Assembly: GCA_963835065.1 (NCBI GenBank)
Contig: CAWIEK010000053.1
Coordinates: 508,595 to 572,594, forward strand
DNA: 64,000 nt
Direction of reading: 5' to 3'
Origin: an uncultured Chthonomonadaceae bacterium
Lineage (GTDB): Bacteria; Armatimonadota; Chthonomonadetes; Chthonomonadales; Chthonomonadaceae
The stretch's first letter is position 1; every line of letters begins with the position of its first letter. A program made the position numbers and the translations under genes. Below the pieces are notes generated by a model that saw only the letters and a list, made by a program, of their open reading frames with translations, was not told the DNA's origin and ran no database searches. Below are positions 17,457 through 29,859 of this stretch, in pieces.

Positions 17457-18947
17457 TCACGGCGAGGCGAGCAGCTTCAAGAGACTATCCGCTGACTTTT
17501 CGGCTTCCGCGAAGTTACTGGCTTTCAGGGCGGCATCCAGTTGGCGCATCAGGGGTTCGGCCAGCGCCTGTTTCCCGGTTTTCTGAATCCACGCCGGCAG
17601 TTCCTGTTGTATCCGATGAATTTTGGCGGGCAGACGCTCCAGATAGGAAGAGGTCACAGACGGGGACTCCACCAGGCGTTCGCCCCGCAAGAACTTCCGA
17701 TAGGCGCGCAGGGCTTCCTCCCCCTCCGTCACCACGCGGAAGTCCATCTGCTTGTTCGCCTCGCCGCCCACTCCCCACGAGAAGATATTTACGAGCGTCG
17801 CGCCATGATTGAACATTGTCGCCAGGTAGGTTTCCATGTTCATGCCCGACTGTCCCGGCCCGCTGCCAAGCTGCAAGTTCGTGCCTTCACTGGAAGCCCA
17901 CCCCGGATGCCCATGCCGCGCCACTTCGCCCGCGATTTGCGCGAAAAGTCCGGGCTGCGGATACGTGCTAAAGCCGGGACGCCGGAACTTCCCAAAGGAA
18001 ACGGCGGGAAGCGCGAAATGGTTGTGTTCCGAGTACGAGGACGTATGCGAAGGCAGTCCTGCAAACAGTTGTTGCGGGAAAAACGCTGTGTGCGAGTATA
18101 TTTTGTCTGTGGAAACGCCTGCATCCGCAAGCCCTTTGCACCAGACGGTAATAAACTCCTCGACGATCTTCTCGCGCTCCCCGTCCATGTCGCGGGGCGG
18201 ATGGTTCTTGCTGAAACCGCGATTGACCAGCGCATGATAGCCCAAAGAACGGCCTGTGTCGAAGTCCTGCCCGATTTGTGTTTCCCATCCCGCAATCACG
18301 CCCGCGAACAGGTCCTCCTTGCCCTGCCGCCGGAGTTGGTCTGCACCCGCTTTGATCGCTTTGCCGATGACTTCGGCGCGACGCCGCGCTTCGGCCTGAA
18401 TCGCCTTGCTGTTGAAACACATCTGCGGAGGAATCTTTTTGGGATGTGGCCCCCAATCTATGCGCCGCCCGGTTGTGGGCGTCCCGTCCCAATCCAGCCA
18501 TTCCACATTGTCCGGGCTGCGCCACAGGTCGTTGCGCCGCGCCCAGAACATCGAATCGTCCAGATGAAACCCGATGGCGACCTTTTGTTTTAATGCGATA
18601 GCAAAGGCCGACGCAATGAGGCGCTGTACTTCGGCATCGGAATGGTCAAACGACAGGGGGCCGAAGATGATTGCCAGCCGGTTGTGTTTATCGCCGCTGC
18701 TGCCGATTCTATGAACAACGTCCTGCGTAAACGCGCTCAATTGGTCTTGCGAAGGGATGGAGCCGAGCGGAAGCAGCCCCGAATCGCCAATTGCCAGTGT
18801 CGGGTCGGGCGCTCCGGTGAACACTTGAAAGGCCAGATAGCGCGTTTGCGCGCTCTCCTCAACCCGTGTCTGTGAAAACGCCGCGCCGGCGGCAAGCAGC
18901 AGGCCGGCAAAAACGCCCAAAATTTGCGGCACGCTTCCAACCCGCAT
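17457..18947 (-). CDS. Secreted hypothetical protein, possible TIM-barrel glycoside hydrolase
   Basis: Signal peptide ending AAFS; AGWET and WASSEG candidate catalytic Glu motifs. Confidence 0.6.
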   Translation of the reverse strand: MRVGSVPQILGVFAGLLLAAGAAFSQTRVEESAQTRYLAFQVFTGAPDPTLAIGDSGLLPLGSIPSQDQLSAFTQDVVHRIGSSGDKHNRLAIIFGPLSFDHSDAEVQRLIASAFAIALKQKVAIGFHLDDSMFWARRNDLWRSPDNVEWLDWDGTPTTGRRIDWGPHPKKIPPQMCFNSKAIQAEARRRAEVIGKAIKAGADQLRRQGKEDLFAGVIAGWETQIGQDFDTGRSLGYHALVNRGFSKNHPPRDMDGEREKIVEEFITVWCKGLADAGVSTDKIYSHTAFFPQQLFAGLPSHTSSYSEHNHFALPAVSFGKFRRPGFSTYPQPGLFAQIAGEVARHGHPGWASSEGTNLQLGSGPGQSGMNMETYLATMFNHGATLVNIFSWGVGGEANKQMDFRVVTEGEEALRAYRKFLRGERLVESPSVTSSYLERLPAKIHRIQQELPAWIQKTGKQALAEPLMRQLDAALKASNFAEAEKSADSLLKLLASP

Positions 18948-19018
18948 GTTTATGATGCCTTCCCCAAAGAACAAAACTTATTGTCGGGCCAAAGGCCGGA
19001 GGAGGGCAGAACCCTCCA

Positions 19019-19633
19019 TTATGTCGGCGGAACGTTTTTAGCACATTCGGCGCAGACAGCATCGAGAGCGCCCAGCAGTTCCGGCAGCGTCTTCAAGCCG
19101 TACTGATCCGTCTCCCAAACTTCGCCTGCCTGCGTCAGCTTGTAGAACTGCCAGCCCTGCCCATTACTTACAATCCCGTACACGTCTAAGTTGTGGCCTT
19201 GCTGCGCGTTGTTCCAGCGGCAGGCCGCCATCTCAGCCAGGCACTGCGCCTGTCCCTGCACAAAATCATCGCGCTTGGCTTCGGCAACACACAGCAGGGG
19301 TATGGCAAGATAGGCGTAATCCGGCGCAATCAGGTAGTCGGCTACGCCAATGAGAGTATCGGTGCTTAACGAGGTCGCTTTCCAGACTTTGAGATGCGGG
19401 TGCAGCGGCACGATTTCGGCGAACAGCGCGTCAATAAGCAACGTCTTCGCCATCTCCGTGGTTTGGGTGTCGAAAACTTTCAGGCGGCGCAAATGCTCCT
19501 GTAAGGGTTCCGTAGGCGGGCGCGGCGGCGCATGGAGGTTCCAGGGCGTGAACCGCGTGATAGGTATCAACTGCATTGCCTCTTGCAGACGAATGGCGGC
19601 ATAGTTACGTTTCTTCTTCGTTGGCTTTTTCAC
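19019..19633 (-). CDS. PD-(D/E)xK / HsdR_N-like hypothetical protein
   Basis: GVADYLIA...VAEAK...QCLAEMAA...VYGIVSNGQGWQF; GTG start. Confidence 0.7.
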   Translation of the reverse strand: MKKPTKKKRNYAAIRLQEAMQLIPITRFTPWNLHAPPRPPTEPLQEHLRRLKVFDTQTTEMAKTLLIDALFAEIVPLHPHLKVWKATSLSTDTLIGVADYLIAPDYAYLAIPLLCVAEAKRDDFVQGQAQCLAEMAACRWNNAQQGHNLDVYGIVSNGQGWQFYKLTQAGEVWETDQYGLKTLPELLGALDAVCAECAKNVPPT

Positions 19634-19734
19634 AGGCGACTTTCTCAGAAAGGCTCGAAACAGGGAAGGGTGTGCCCCAACAATTCGGCGCGGACGTGGG
19701 GAATACCTGCCGAGAGAGAAGGAACAGCATCCTG

Positions 19735-20983
19735 TTATAGCAGGTCGCGCAGGGTAAGAACGAGCGGAAAGGTCCTGCCGTCGCGTTCCACTGTGAGCGG
19801 CAGTTTCATACCCGGTTCGCCGCGTACCACATCGCGTAACTTCAACAATGTCCACACTTTCGCCGGTCGTCCCGCAATATTAACAAGATGGTCGCCCACC
19901 TTCAACCCCGCATCCGAAGCGGGACTGTTCGCCATAACAAACAGGATGTCAAAACCATCAGGCGCAATCGTTGGAATGAAACCTGCCCGGTTGAATACGG
20001 CTTTCTTCCCGTACAGCGCGTTCTTCTCCAGGTAGAACCGGCGGTGCGGCCAATCCAATGTCAGCGTGAACTGCCGCAAAACCTCGCCCCCCAGCATACC
20101 GTCCTGAGAATAAGAGCGATTGGTGAGACCAACAAGCGTATTATGTACGGGCAGTGTTTTGCCCAGCATCAGGGTATTGTCGCGGGCGTACCATGCCGTG
20201 ACCGGAGTTCCGGCAACCGCCGTCCCTGCCGGATACTCGACAAGTTGAGGGTACTGATCGCGCAGATGGTTGCTTTGCGCAAAAGAGGCGGACAGTTCCA
20301 GTCCCCCGCTGGAAGTGGTGTACACTTCAAAGCGCCCCGGCACTCCGGCAATGCTGCCTGTAACGCACAAATTGTCATCTGCATCCACCGTGAATGGCAG
20401 CAACTCTCCCTTGCCTTTGTAACGGAATTTATCGGGCAGGGTCAGGCTCATACGCTGATGTTCGTAATCCACTGTGACCACGAACTGCGCCAGGAAGTCC
20501 GCGCCGAGGATGCCCTGTCCAGGGAAGCCGACGGGCGGATCATAGACATACAGCGTCAGGTTTTTCAGCGTGGCTGTGCCGATTTGCATGGTAACGGCTG
20601 TGCTGATTTTCGCCGGGCCACCCGCTTCCGACCCGGTATCCGCCTGAACGTTCCCAATAATCGGCAGATTGAGCGCAGCGGCAACGTCCCGGTTGAGAAA
20701 ACTGCCCGTTGCGCCGGTAGCCAGCAGGAACGTATACGGTCCTTTGCCGTTGAGTTCGAACTTCTATGGGAATCTGTCCGTGCGCGGCAAGCGCAGCCAC
20801 GAACGGAACCGTGACGCTCGGCTGCCCGTTGGCAATACCGGCGCTGAGGGGCGGCGGGTTTTGGGCGGCGCAGGGCCGCAAGACAGACGCGCACAGCCCG
20901 CAAAGGATGAGCAGCACAGGCAAAACGCGCCTGCCCGCATTGACCGGCAGGAACAGAGCGCGAACAGCATAGCACAGCAGCAT
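19735..20983 (-). CDS. Secreted tandem retropepsin-like + PDZ protein with degenerate catalytic motifs; frameshift near 20760
   Basis: ELNGKGPYTFLLATGA, GILGADFL...VTVDY, GMLGGEVLRQFTLTLDW; PDZ SPASDAGLKVGD. Confidence 0.75.
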
Positions 20984-21163
20984 AATAACGTTTCCTTCAA
21001 CACGAACAACGCGCAACGCCTGCGCATCGCTCCCTTCTCCCTTGCAGGAAGAACCGCGCCCGACTGCCACATTCGCCTTCTCCCTGACAGGGAGAAGGCG
21101 ACCGAAGGCCGGACGCTTTCATAGAATGGTGTGCCTCCTGCCAGAATGTACCCGGCATAGAAA

Positions 21164-22066
21164 TTACGGTTCGCAGACTACGCGGAAGCCGACGAATTTG
21201 CCGTCCGCAAGCCACCAGCGGCTTTTGGGAAGCTGCGGGTCCGTCGCCTGCCATTCGGGAGTTTGACGCTGCCGCGAAGTGGGCGCGATTTGATCGGGCT
21301 TGTCCAGAAATGTGCCGCCGCACAGGATTGGCTTGCCATCCGCGTCCATTGCCCACTCGCCCACGTTGCCGAGCATGTCGTATAGTTTCCAGGCATTGGG
21401 CAATTTCTTGCCGACGGGATGCGATTTCTTGTCGCTGTTGTCGCCGTACCACGCCAGTTTGTCCAATTGCGGCGCGGTTAGTTTTGCCGGCTTGTCGTTT
21501 CCCGCGCGGCAGGCGTATTCCCATTCCGCTTCCGTTGGCAGGCGGTACTTTTTGCCCGTTTGTGAGGACAGCCAGCGGCAAAACATGGTTGCCGACAAAA
21601 TACTGACGTTGATGACCGGGTAGCCGTGATGCCCCCATCCCAAATCCGGCAGTATGTAGGACTTGCTCGGACGGGCAACCGCGTCAATGGGGTATTTCGT
21701 CTGGTCATAAGCGGGGGAGGGCGGGCCACTCGCCATAAACACGTCGAAGGCTTCCCACGTCGTCTCCGTATTCGCCATCCAGAACGGTTTTACGGGCGTT
21801 TTCCTGCCGCCCATTTCCACATTGCCGCCGGGAATGGCAAGCATCTCCAGTTTCACCACCGAACCGGGCAGGGTTTGCGAGTAGGGTTTCAGCGGCGCAG
21901 AGGCGGGCGGCGCGGACGCAGGCTTTTCCTGCTTTATGGCGGCTGTGCCCTGCGCGTTCGGCTTTGCAGGCGTCAGAGGTACAATAAACAGTGCCGCCGT
22001 TGCCGTCAACACCCTTGTTGCGCGTAACGCATTGGGGGCGCGACGGGCTGCCGCCAATTGCTGCAT
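21164..22066 (-). CDS. SUMF1/FGE-sulfatase domain protein (start uncertain)
   Basis: YRLPTEAEWEYACRAG, PNAWKLYDMLGNVGEW, GFRVV. Confidence 0.9.
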   Translation of the reverse strand: MQQLAAARRAPNALRATRVLTATAALFIVPLTPAKPNAQGTAAIKQEKPASAPPASAPLKPYSQTLPGSVVKLEMLAIPGGNVEMGGRKTPVKPFWMANTETTWEAFDVFMASGPPSPAYDQTKYPIDAVARPSKSYILPDLGWGHHGYPVINVSILSATMFCRWLSSQTGKKYRLPTEAEWEYACRAGNDKPAKLTAPQLDKLAWYGDNSDKKSHPVGKKLPNAWKLYDMLGNVGEWAMDADGKPILCGGTFLDKPDQIAPTSRQRQTPEWQATDPQLPKSRWWLADGKFVGFRVVCEP

Positions 22067-22094
22067 ACAGAAATTATTGAGGCTTCTTTTTAAG

Positions 22095-23232
22095 ATGCGA
22101 TTATTCAAAACCCGACAAATCCTTTCCGAGTTGCTGGTTTCCGCGTTGATTTTCTCCATCGGGCTGCTGACGCGAAATGCGCGGGCAGACGGCAGCGAAA
22201 TTAACCCGCTATGAGTATACCGAATACCACATGGGCGTGGACGTTCGCATTGTCGCGTATGCGCCCGATACCAAAACGGCGGAACGCGCCTGCGCAGCCG
22301 CGTTCGAGCGGTTCGCCGAACTCGACACCATGATGAGCGATTACCGCGCCGACAGCGAACTGATGCGGCTGTGTGACCGGGCCGGCGGGCCTCCCGTTCC
22401 CGTCAGCAATGATTTGTTTCGCGTTTTGGAACGGGCGCAGCAGGTCGCGCAGCAGAGCGGGGGCGCGTTCGACGTGACCTGTGGCCCGCTCGTCGCATTG
22501 TGGCGCAAAGCCCGCAAAACGCATATTCTGCCGACAATGAACGAAATCGAAGAGGCGCGTACACGGGTCGGCTGGCAAAAGATGCAGTTAGATGCGCGTC
22601 AACATACCGTTCGCCTGCTCGTTCCCGGCATGAAACTGGATTTGGGCGGCATCGGCAAGGGCTACGCCGACGATTGCGCCCAACAGGTTCTCAAAAAATA
22701 CCATATCACCCGCGCCCTTGTCGAAGCCGGCGGCGATATTGTGGTCAGCGACCCGCCGCCCGGTGAAGCCGGCTGGAAAATTCAGGTTGCCAATGCGGTG
22801 GGCAGGGAACAGGGAACAGGGAACAGGGAACAGGGAACAGAAGAGAAGAAGACAGAAGACAGAAGACAGAAGACAGAAGCGCAATCGGCAATCCGCAATC
22901 CGCAATCGGCAATGTCTTCATCCTTCATCCTTCATCCTTCATCCTTTGCCGTGCCCGTCCTGCGGTTCGCCAATTGCGCGGTTTCCACCTCCGGCGACAC
23001 GGAGCAGTTTGTGGAAATCGGCGGCAAGCGCTACTCCCATATCGTTGACCCGCGCACCGGGCAGGCGTTGACCAACCGTATTCAGGTGACGATTATTGCC
23101 CGCAACGGCCTGACTTCCGACAGCCTTTCCAAAGTGGCGAGCCTGCTGGAACCTGAAGCGAGCGCAGGGGTAATGAAAATGTACCCCGGCACAACCGCTT
23201 ACGTCCGCAAGATTTCCACAGACGGGCAGTAG
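22095..23232 (+). CDS. apbE: FAD:protein FMN transferase (ApbE family); signal peptide separated by a frameshift near 22200; contains an in-frame heptamer array
   Basis: GAFDVTCGPL, LDLGGIGKGY, AGGDI, AVSTSG, YSHIVDPRTG. Confidence 0.9.
22804..22946 (+). repeat. In-frame four-block heptamer array in apbE
   Basis: (AGGGAAC)5, (AAGACAG)4, (SGCAATC)4-5, (TCATCCT)4. Confidence 0.95.
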
Positions 23233-23234
23233 GC

Positions 23235-23339
23235 TTTGTCTTGAACCATGATTAGGCATGATTTTAGTGATTATCATGATTGGGTCGGTTCTTCGTCATG
23301 TTAATCCGCCTAATCATTTAAATCATGGTTCAAGACAAA
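23235..23339. repeat. 105-bp palindromic element between convergent genes
   Basis: Perfect 19-bp inverted repeat TTTGTCTTGAACCATGATT / AATCATGGTTCAAGACAAA with internal 9-nt GATT/AATC periodicity. Confidence 0.9.
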
Positions 23340-23345
23340 CAACGG

Positions 23346-24488
23346 CTACTCTGATATTAGCGGCAGGGAAATCGGCTGCCCGCCCTGCGCGGAAGACTGG
23401 CGTAGCGCGAGTACAATCTCCTGATCCAAACGTCCCTGAAAGGCTCCATACGTCGGCTCGGCATCATTCCGAACGGCGTCTACGAGACTTTGTATACAGC
23501 CTGCGACGCCAATCTCATCGTCATGCCACTGCATCCCGTGTCCCTGCTTGACAGCGCGGAACGGGTTTTCCCATGTTACCGTTGGTAAGGTTGGGTCGCC
23601 CGTATGCGCCACAACCGCGATTAAAGCCCCGCCGTCCACGCGCTCATAGCGGCGCTCGATGCGCAGAAAACGGGGCGCTTCTTCACCCGGCGTGAGCAGG
23701 GAAAGATGCTCCTGCAAATCGGGATACACGCCCGTTGTCACGCCCATGCCCTTTTCAGCCAGAAAACGGCTGCTCCGCCACCAGCGCAGGGGCGAGTCAT
23801 AGCCCACGCTTGTCCAGTGGTACACCCCCGTTTGCCCGCCTTCAAACGCAATCAGGGCGTGTTCCTGCGTTTCGTTTCGCGCCCCGTGCTTGTTTTCCAG
23901 GCGTGACCAGTAGGGCGTGAGCGGGTATTGCCGCGCTATGCCCGTTATCTGCGTCGGTTTGGCATCAAAACCGATGTAACTGCGCAGGACGCTTACGCCA
24001 TGATAGCCATGCCCCGCAAAATCGTTGAAGGCGGTATGCACACTGCCGAACAACCCCGACGCCAGCAGTTTTAATTTGATCTGCTCCATCGGGCGGCGGT
24101 GAAACTGTTCAGCGATCTCGATTTTGACATTGCGCCGCTTCGCCGCCTCGATAATCGCGTCCGCTTCGCTGAGTTTGTGGGCAATGGGGGTTTCCAGCAG
24201 CACATGCAGCCCCTGCTCCACCGCCATCAAGCCCACTTCGCCGTTCGCGCCATAAGCGACGGAAACGATCCCAATTTGCGGGGAAACATCCCTCATCAGA
24301 CGCGCTATATCCGTAAAATGGGGTACGCCCAGACTTGCGCCCAGCGCCTGCGCCGACGCTTCGCTCCTGCCCCACACGCCCACGAGTTCCACATCCGGCA
24401 GGGCGTGAATCAAAGGGCCGTACAGATAATCCGAGCGTTTCGCCGTGCCAATAATCGCCACCCGAAGCGGCGCAATAGAATTCGCCAT
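23346..24488 (-). CDS. Gfo/Idh/MocA family oxidoreductase
   Basis: RVAIIGT, HVLLETPIA (EKP-like motif). Confidence 0.85.
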   Translation of the reverse strand: MANSIAPLRVAIIGTAKRSDYLYGPLIHALPDVELVGVWGRSEASAQALGASLGVPHFTDIARLMRDVSPQIGIVSVAYGANGEVGLMAVEQGLHVLLETPIAHKLSEADAIIEAAKRRNVKIEIAEQFHRRPMEQIKLKLLASGLFGSVHTAFNDFAGHGYHGVSVLRSYIGFDAKPTQITGIARQYPLTPYWSRLENKHGARNETQEHALIAFEGGQTGVYHWTSVGYDSPLRWWRSSRFLAEKGMGVTTGVYPDLQEHLSLLTPGEEAPRFLRIERRYERVDGGALIAVVAHTGDPTLPTVTWENPFRAVKQGHGMQWHDDEIGVAGCIQSLVDAVRNDAEPTYGAFQGRLDQEIVLALRQSSAQGGQPISLPLISE

Positions 24489-24505
24489 TAAGTTTGTCTC
24501 CTGCC

Positions 24506-25930
24506 TCAAAGCATAATTTCTTTAATGACCTCGCCGTGAACGTCGGTCAAGCGGCGGTCTATGCCGTCGTGCCGGAAGGTCAGGCGCTTGTGGTCAATCC
24601 CCATCAGGTGCAGCATGGTGGCGTGAAGATCGTAGCAATAGGTGGGATTTACGGCGGCTTTGTACGACCATTCATCCGATTCGCCATACGAGACGCCGCC
24701 TTTGATGCCGCCCCCAGCCAGCCAGTTCGTGAAGGTGTAGGGGTTGTGGTCGCGTCCCTTGCCGCCCTGACTGCACGGCATGCGCCCGAACTCCGTTGTC
24801 CACAAAACGAGCGTGTCTTCCAGCAGGCCGCGCTGTTTCAAATCCATGAGCAGAGCGGCAGCGGGTTTGTCCATGCTCGCGCCCATATCGCCGTGATCGC
24901 GCGCCAAATCTTCATGCGAGTCCCAGTTGCGGCGAGGGAAGCCGTTGTCCGCGCCGCTCCACACCTGCACGAACCGAACGCCCCGCTCCAGCAGCCGCCG
25001 CGCAATCAGACAGCGCTGTCCGAAATCCGCCGTAACGGCATCGTCCAAACCGTACAAAGCCCGGATTTGCGCTGTTTCCGTCCGTATATCCAGCGCTTCC
25101 GGCGCGCTCAACTGCATCCGCGCGGCCAGTTCATAGGATTGGATGCGGGCCGCAAGACGGGAATCGTCGCCGCGTGATGCCTGGTGTAACCGGTTCAAGC
25201 GATTGAGCAGGGCAAGACCGTCCGTTTCCGCGCCGGGGGTGATGCCGCTGCCCTGTGGCGGAAACAGGTCGTGAATCGGCGGCGTACTCCCCGCCCTCAC
25301 CGCTGTGCCCTGCGTGGAAGCGGGCAAAAACCCCGCGCCCCAATTCGCGGGACCATTGGGCGGCACGCCGCGATTGTCGGGGAGAACCACAAACGAAGGC
25401 AGATTAGCGTTCAGACTGCCCAATCCGTAACTGACCCACGCGCCCATGCTTGGAAAACCGGGCAAAATAAAGCCCGTACTCTGCATAAAGGTGGCCGGGC
25501 CATGCACATTGGATTTGGATACCATCGCGTACAAAAACGCCATATCGTCCGCGCAGGTTGCCAGATGCGGCAGCAGGCTGCTCATCCACCGTCCCGATTG
25601 ACCATGCTGCTTCCATGCCCAGGGGCTTGGCATGATACTGCCCGGCGCGCTCTGGAACAGTTCGATTTTGCCGCCCGGATCGAACTTCTGCCCGCCCCGC
25701 TTGATGAGTTCCGGCTTGTAATCGAACGTGTCCACCTGGCTGGCCGCGCCCGACATGAACAACTGCACGACGCGCTTCGCTTTGGCCGGATGGTGCAGCC
25801 CGCCGTTCCCATCCGGCCTGCCCTTGCCGCTTTGCCGCCCCTCCGCCTGTGCCGCCTCCATACCGAGCAGATACGCCAGCGCCACCCCGCCCAACCCACT
25901 CCCCGCTTGCAGCAGTTCCCGCCGATTCAT
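24506..25930 (-). CDS. DUF1501 domain protein (Tat signal)
   Basis: NRRELL, AKAKRVVQLFMSGAASQVDTFDYKP, ARRLLERGVRFVQ, WDSH, EFGRMP, GRDH. Confidence 0.92.
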   Translation of the reverse strand: MNRRELLQAGSGLGGVALAYLLGMEAAQAEGRQSGKGRPDGNGGLHHPAKAKRVVQLFMSGAASQVDTFDYKPELIKRGGQKFDPGGKIELFQSAPGSIMPSPWAWKQHGQSGRWMSSLLPHLATCADDMAFLYAMVSKSNVHGPATFMQSTGFILPGFPSMGAWVSYGLGSLNANLPSFVVLPDNRGVPPNGPANWGAGFLPASTQGTAVRAGSTPPIHDLFPPQGSGITPGAETDGLALLNRLNRLHQASRGDDSRLAARIQSYELAARMQLSAPEALDIRTETAQIRALYGLDDAVTADFGQRCLIARRLLERGVRFVQVWSGADNGFPRRNWDSHEDLARDHGDMGASMDKPAAALLMDLKQRGLLEDTLVLWTTEFGRMPCSQGGKGRDHNPYTFTNWLAGGGIKGGVSYGESDEWSYKAAVNPTYCYDLHATMLHLMGIDHKRLTFRHDGIDRRLTDVHGEVIKEIML

Positions 25931-25969
25931 GAATCACTCCTTCATCTCAATCTATTTTTCTCAACCTTC

Positions 25970-29251
<3,282 letters not shown>

Positions 29252-29489
29252 AGGTATTAACTCAGGCTTGCCTACAGCCGCAGGAGCGCTGCCGCGCGTA
29301 AACAGGGAAAGCGGTTGTCGGCTACATTCGCGCACAGCAGGCGTATCTCCCGACGCAATTCGGTGTATCATGCCGGATTGTGGCAGATCGAATGGGTGGT
29401 GGCGGAATTTGTCTCTTCTGACCCGATTTGGCGCGTTATGTCTGCTGCGCTTTGCGACACGCGGAATGTAGAGATGTTACCACAAAAAA

Positions 29490-29822
29490 TTGAATGAGGT
29501 TCTCTTGAAAATAAACCGTTCCCTGACCGCCTTAAGCCATTGCCTGGCCGAACTGAGTACCCTGAGTTTTCCTGACGCCCATACGCAGCGGTTTAAGGAC
29601 TGGCATGCGTATACCGTCAAAACGCTTGCCGAACTGCCGGGCAATAATGCGCCTGCCCTGGCGGAGTTTAACGCGATCCGCTTTGTGCCCCCGCTTCCCG
29701 CAGCACTCGACGAGCAGGAGGCCACCTGGCGAACCGGGAGAAACGCCGCGTACACGCTGCTGACAACCCTGCGCTTTCGACCCTACACCACGCCGAACGA
29801 ACTGGATGCGCCATATAGTTGA
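29490..29822 (+). CDS. Hypothetical protein (true start possibly ATG 29474 across an indel)
   Basis: 110-aa ORF filling the gap upstream of the beta-galactosidase. Confidence 0.45.
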   Translation: MNEVLLKINRSLTALSHCLAELSTLSFPDAHTQRFKDWHAYTVKTLAELPGNNAPALAEFNAIRFVPPLPAALDEQEATWRTGRNAAYTLLTTLRFRPYTTPNELDAPYS

Positions 29823-29859
29823 TAGTGTACTTAACACAACGGTAACAAAGAGGTTTTCC

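Noticed and set aside
22804..22946. CRISPR array (also considered for 45870-46160 and 59865/60954)
   Set aside because: Short tandem units without unique spacers of regular length; no cas genes
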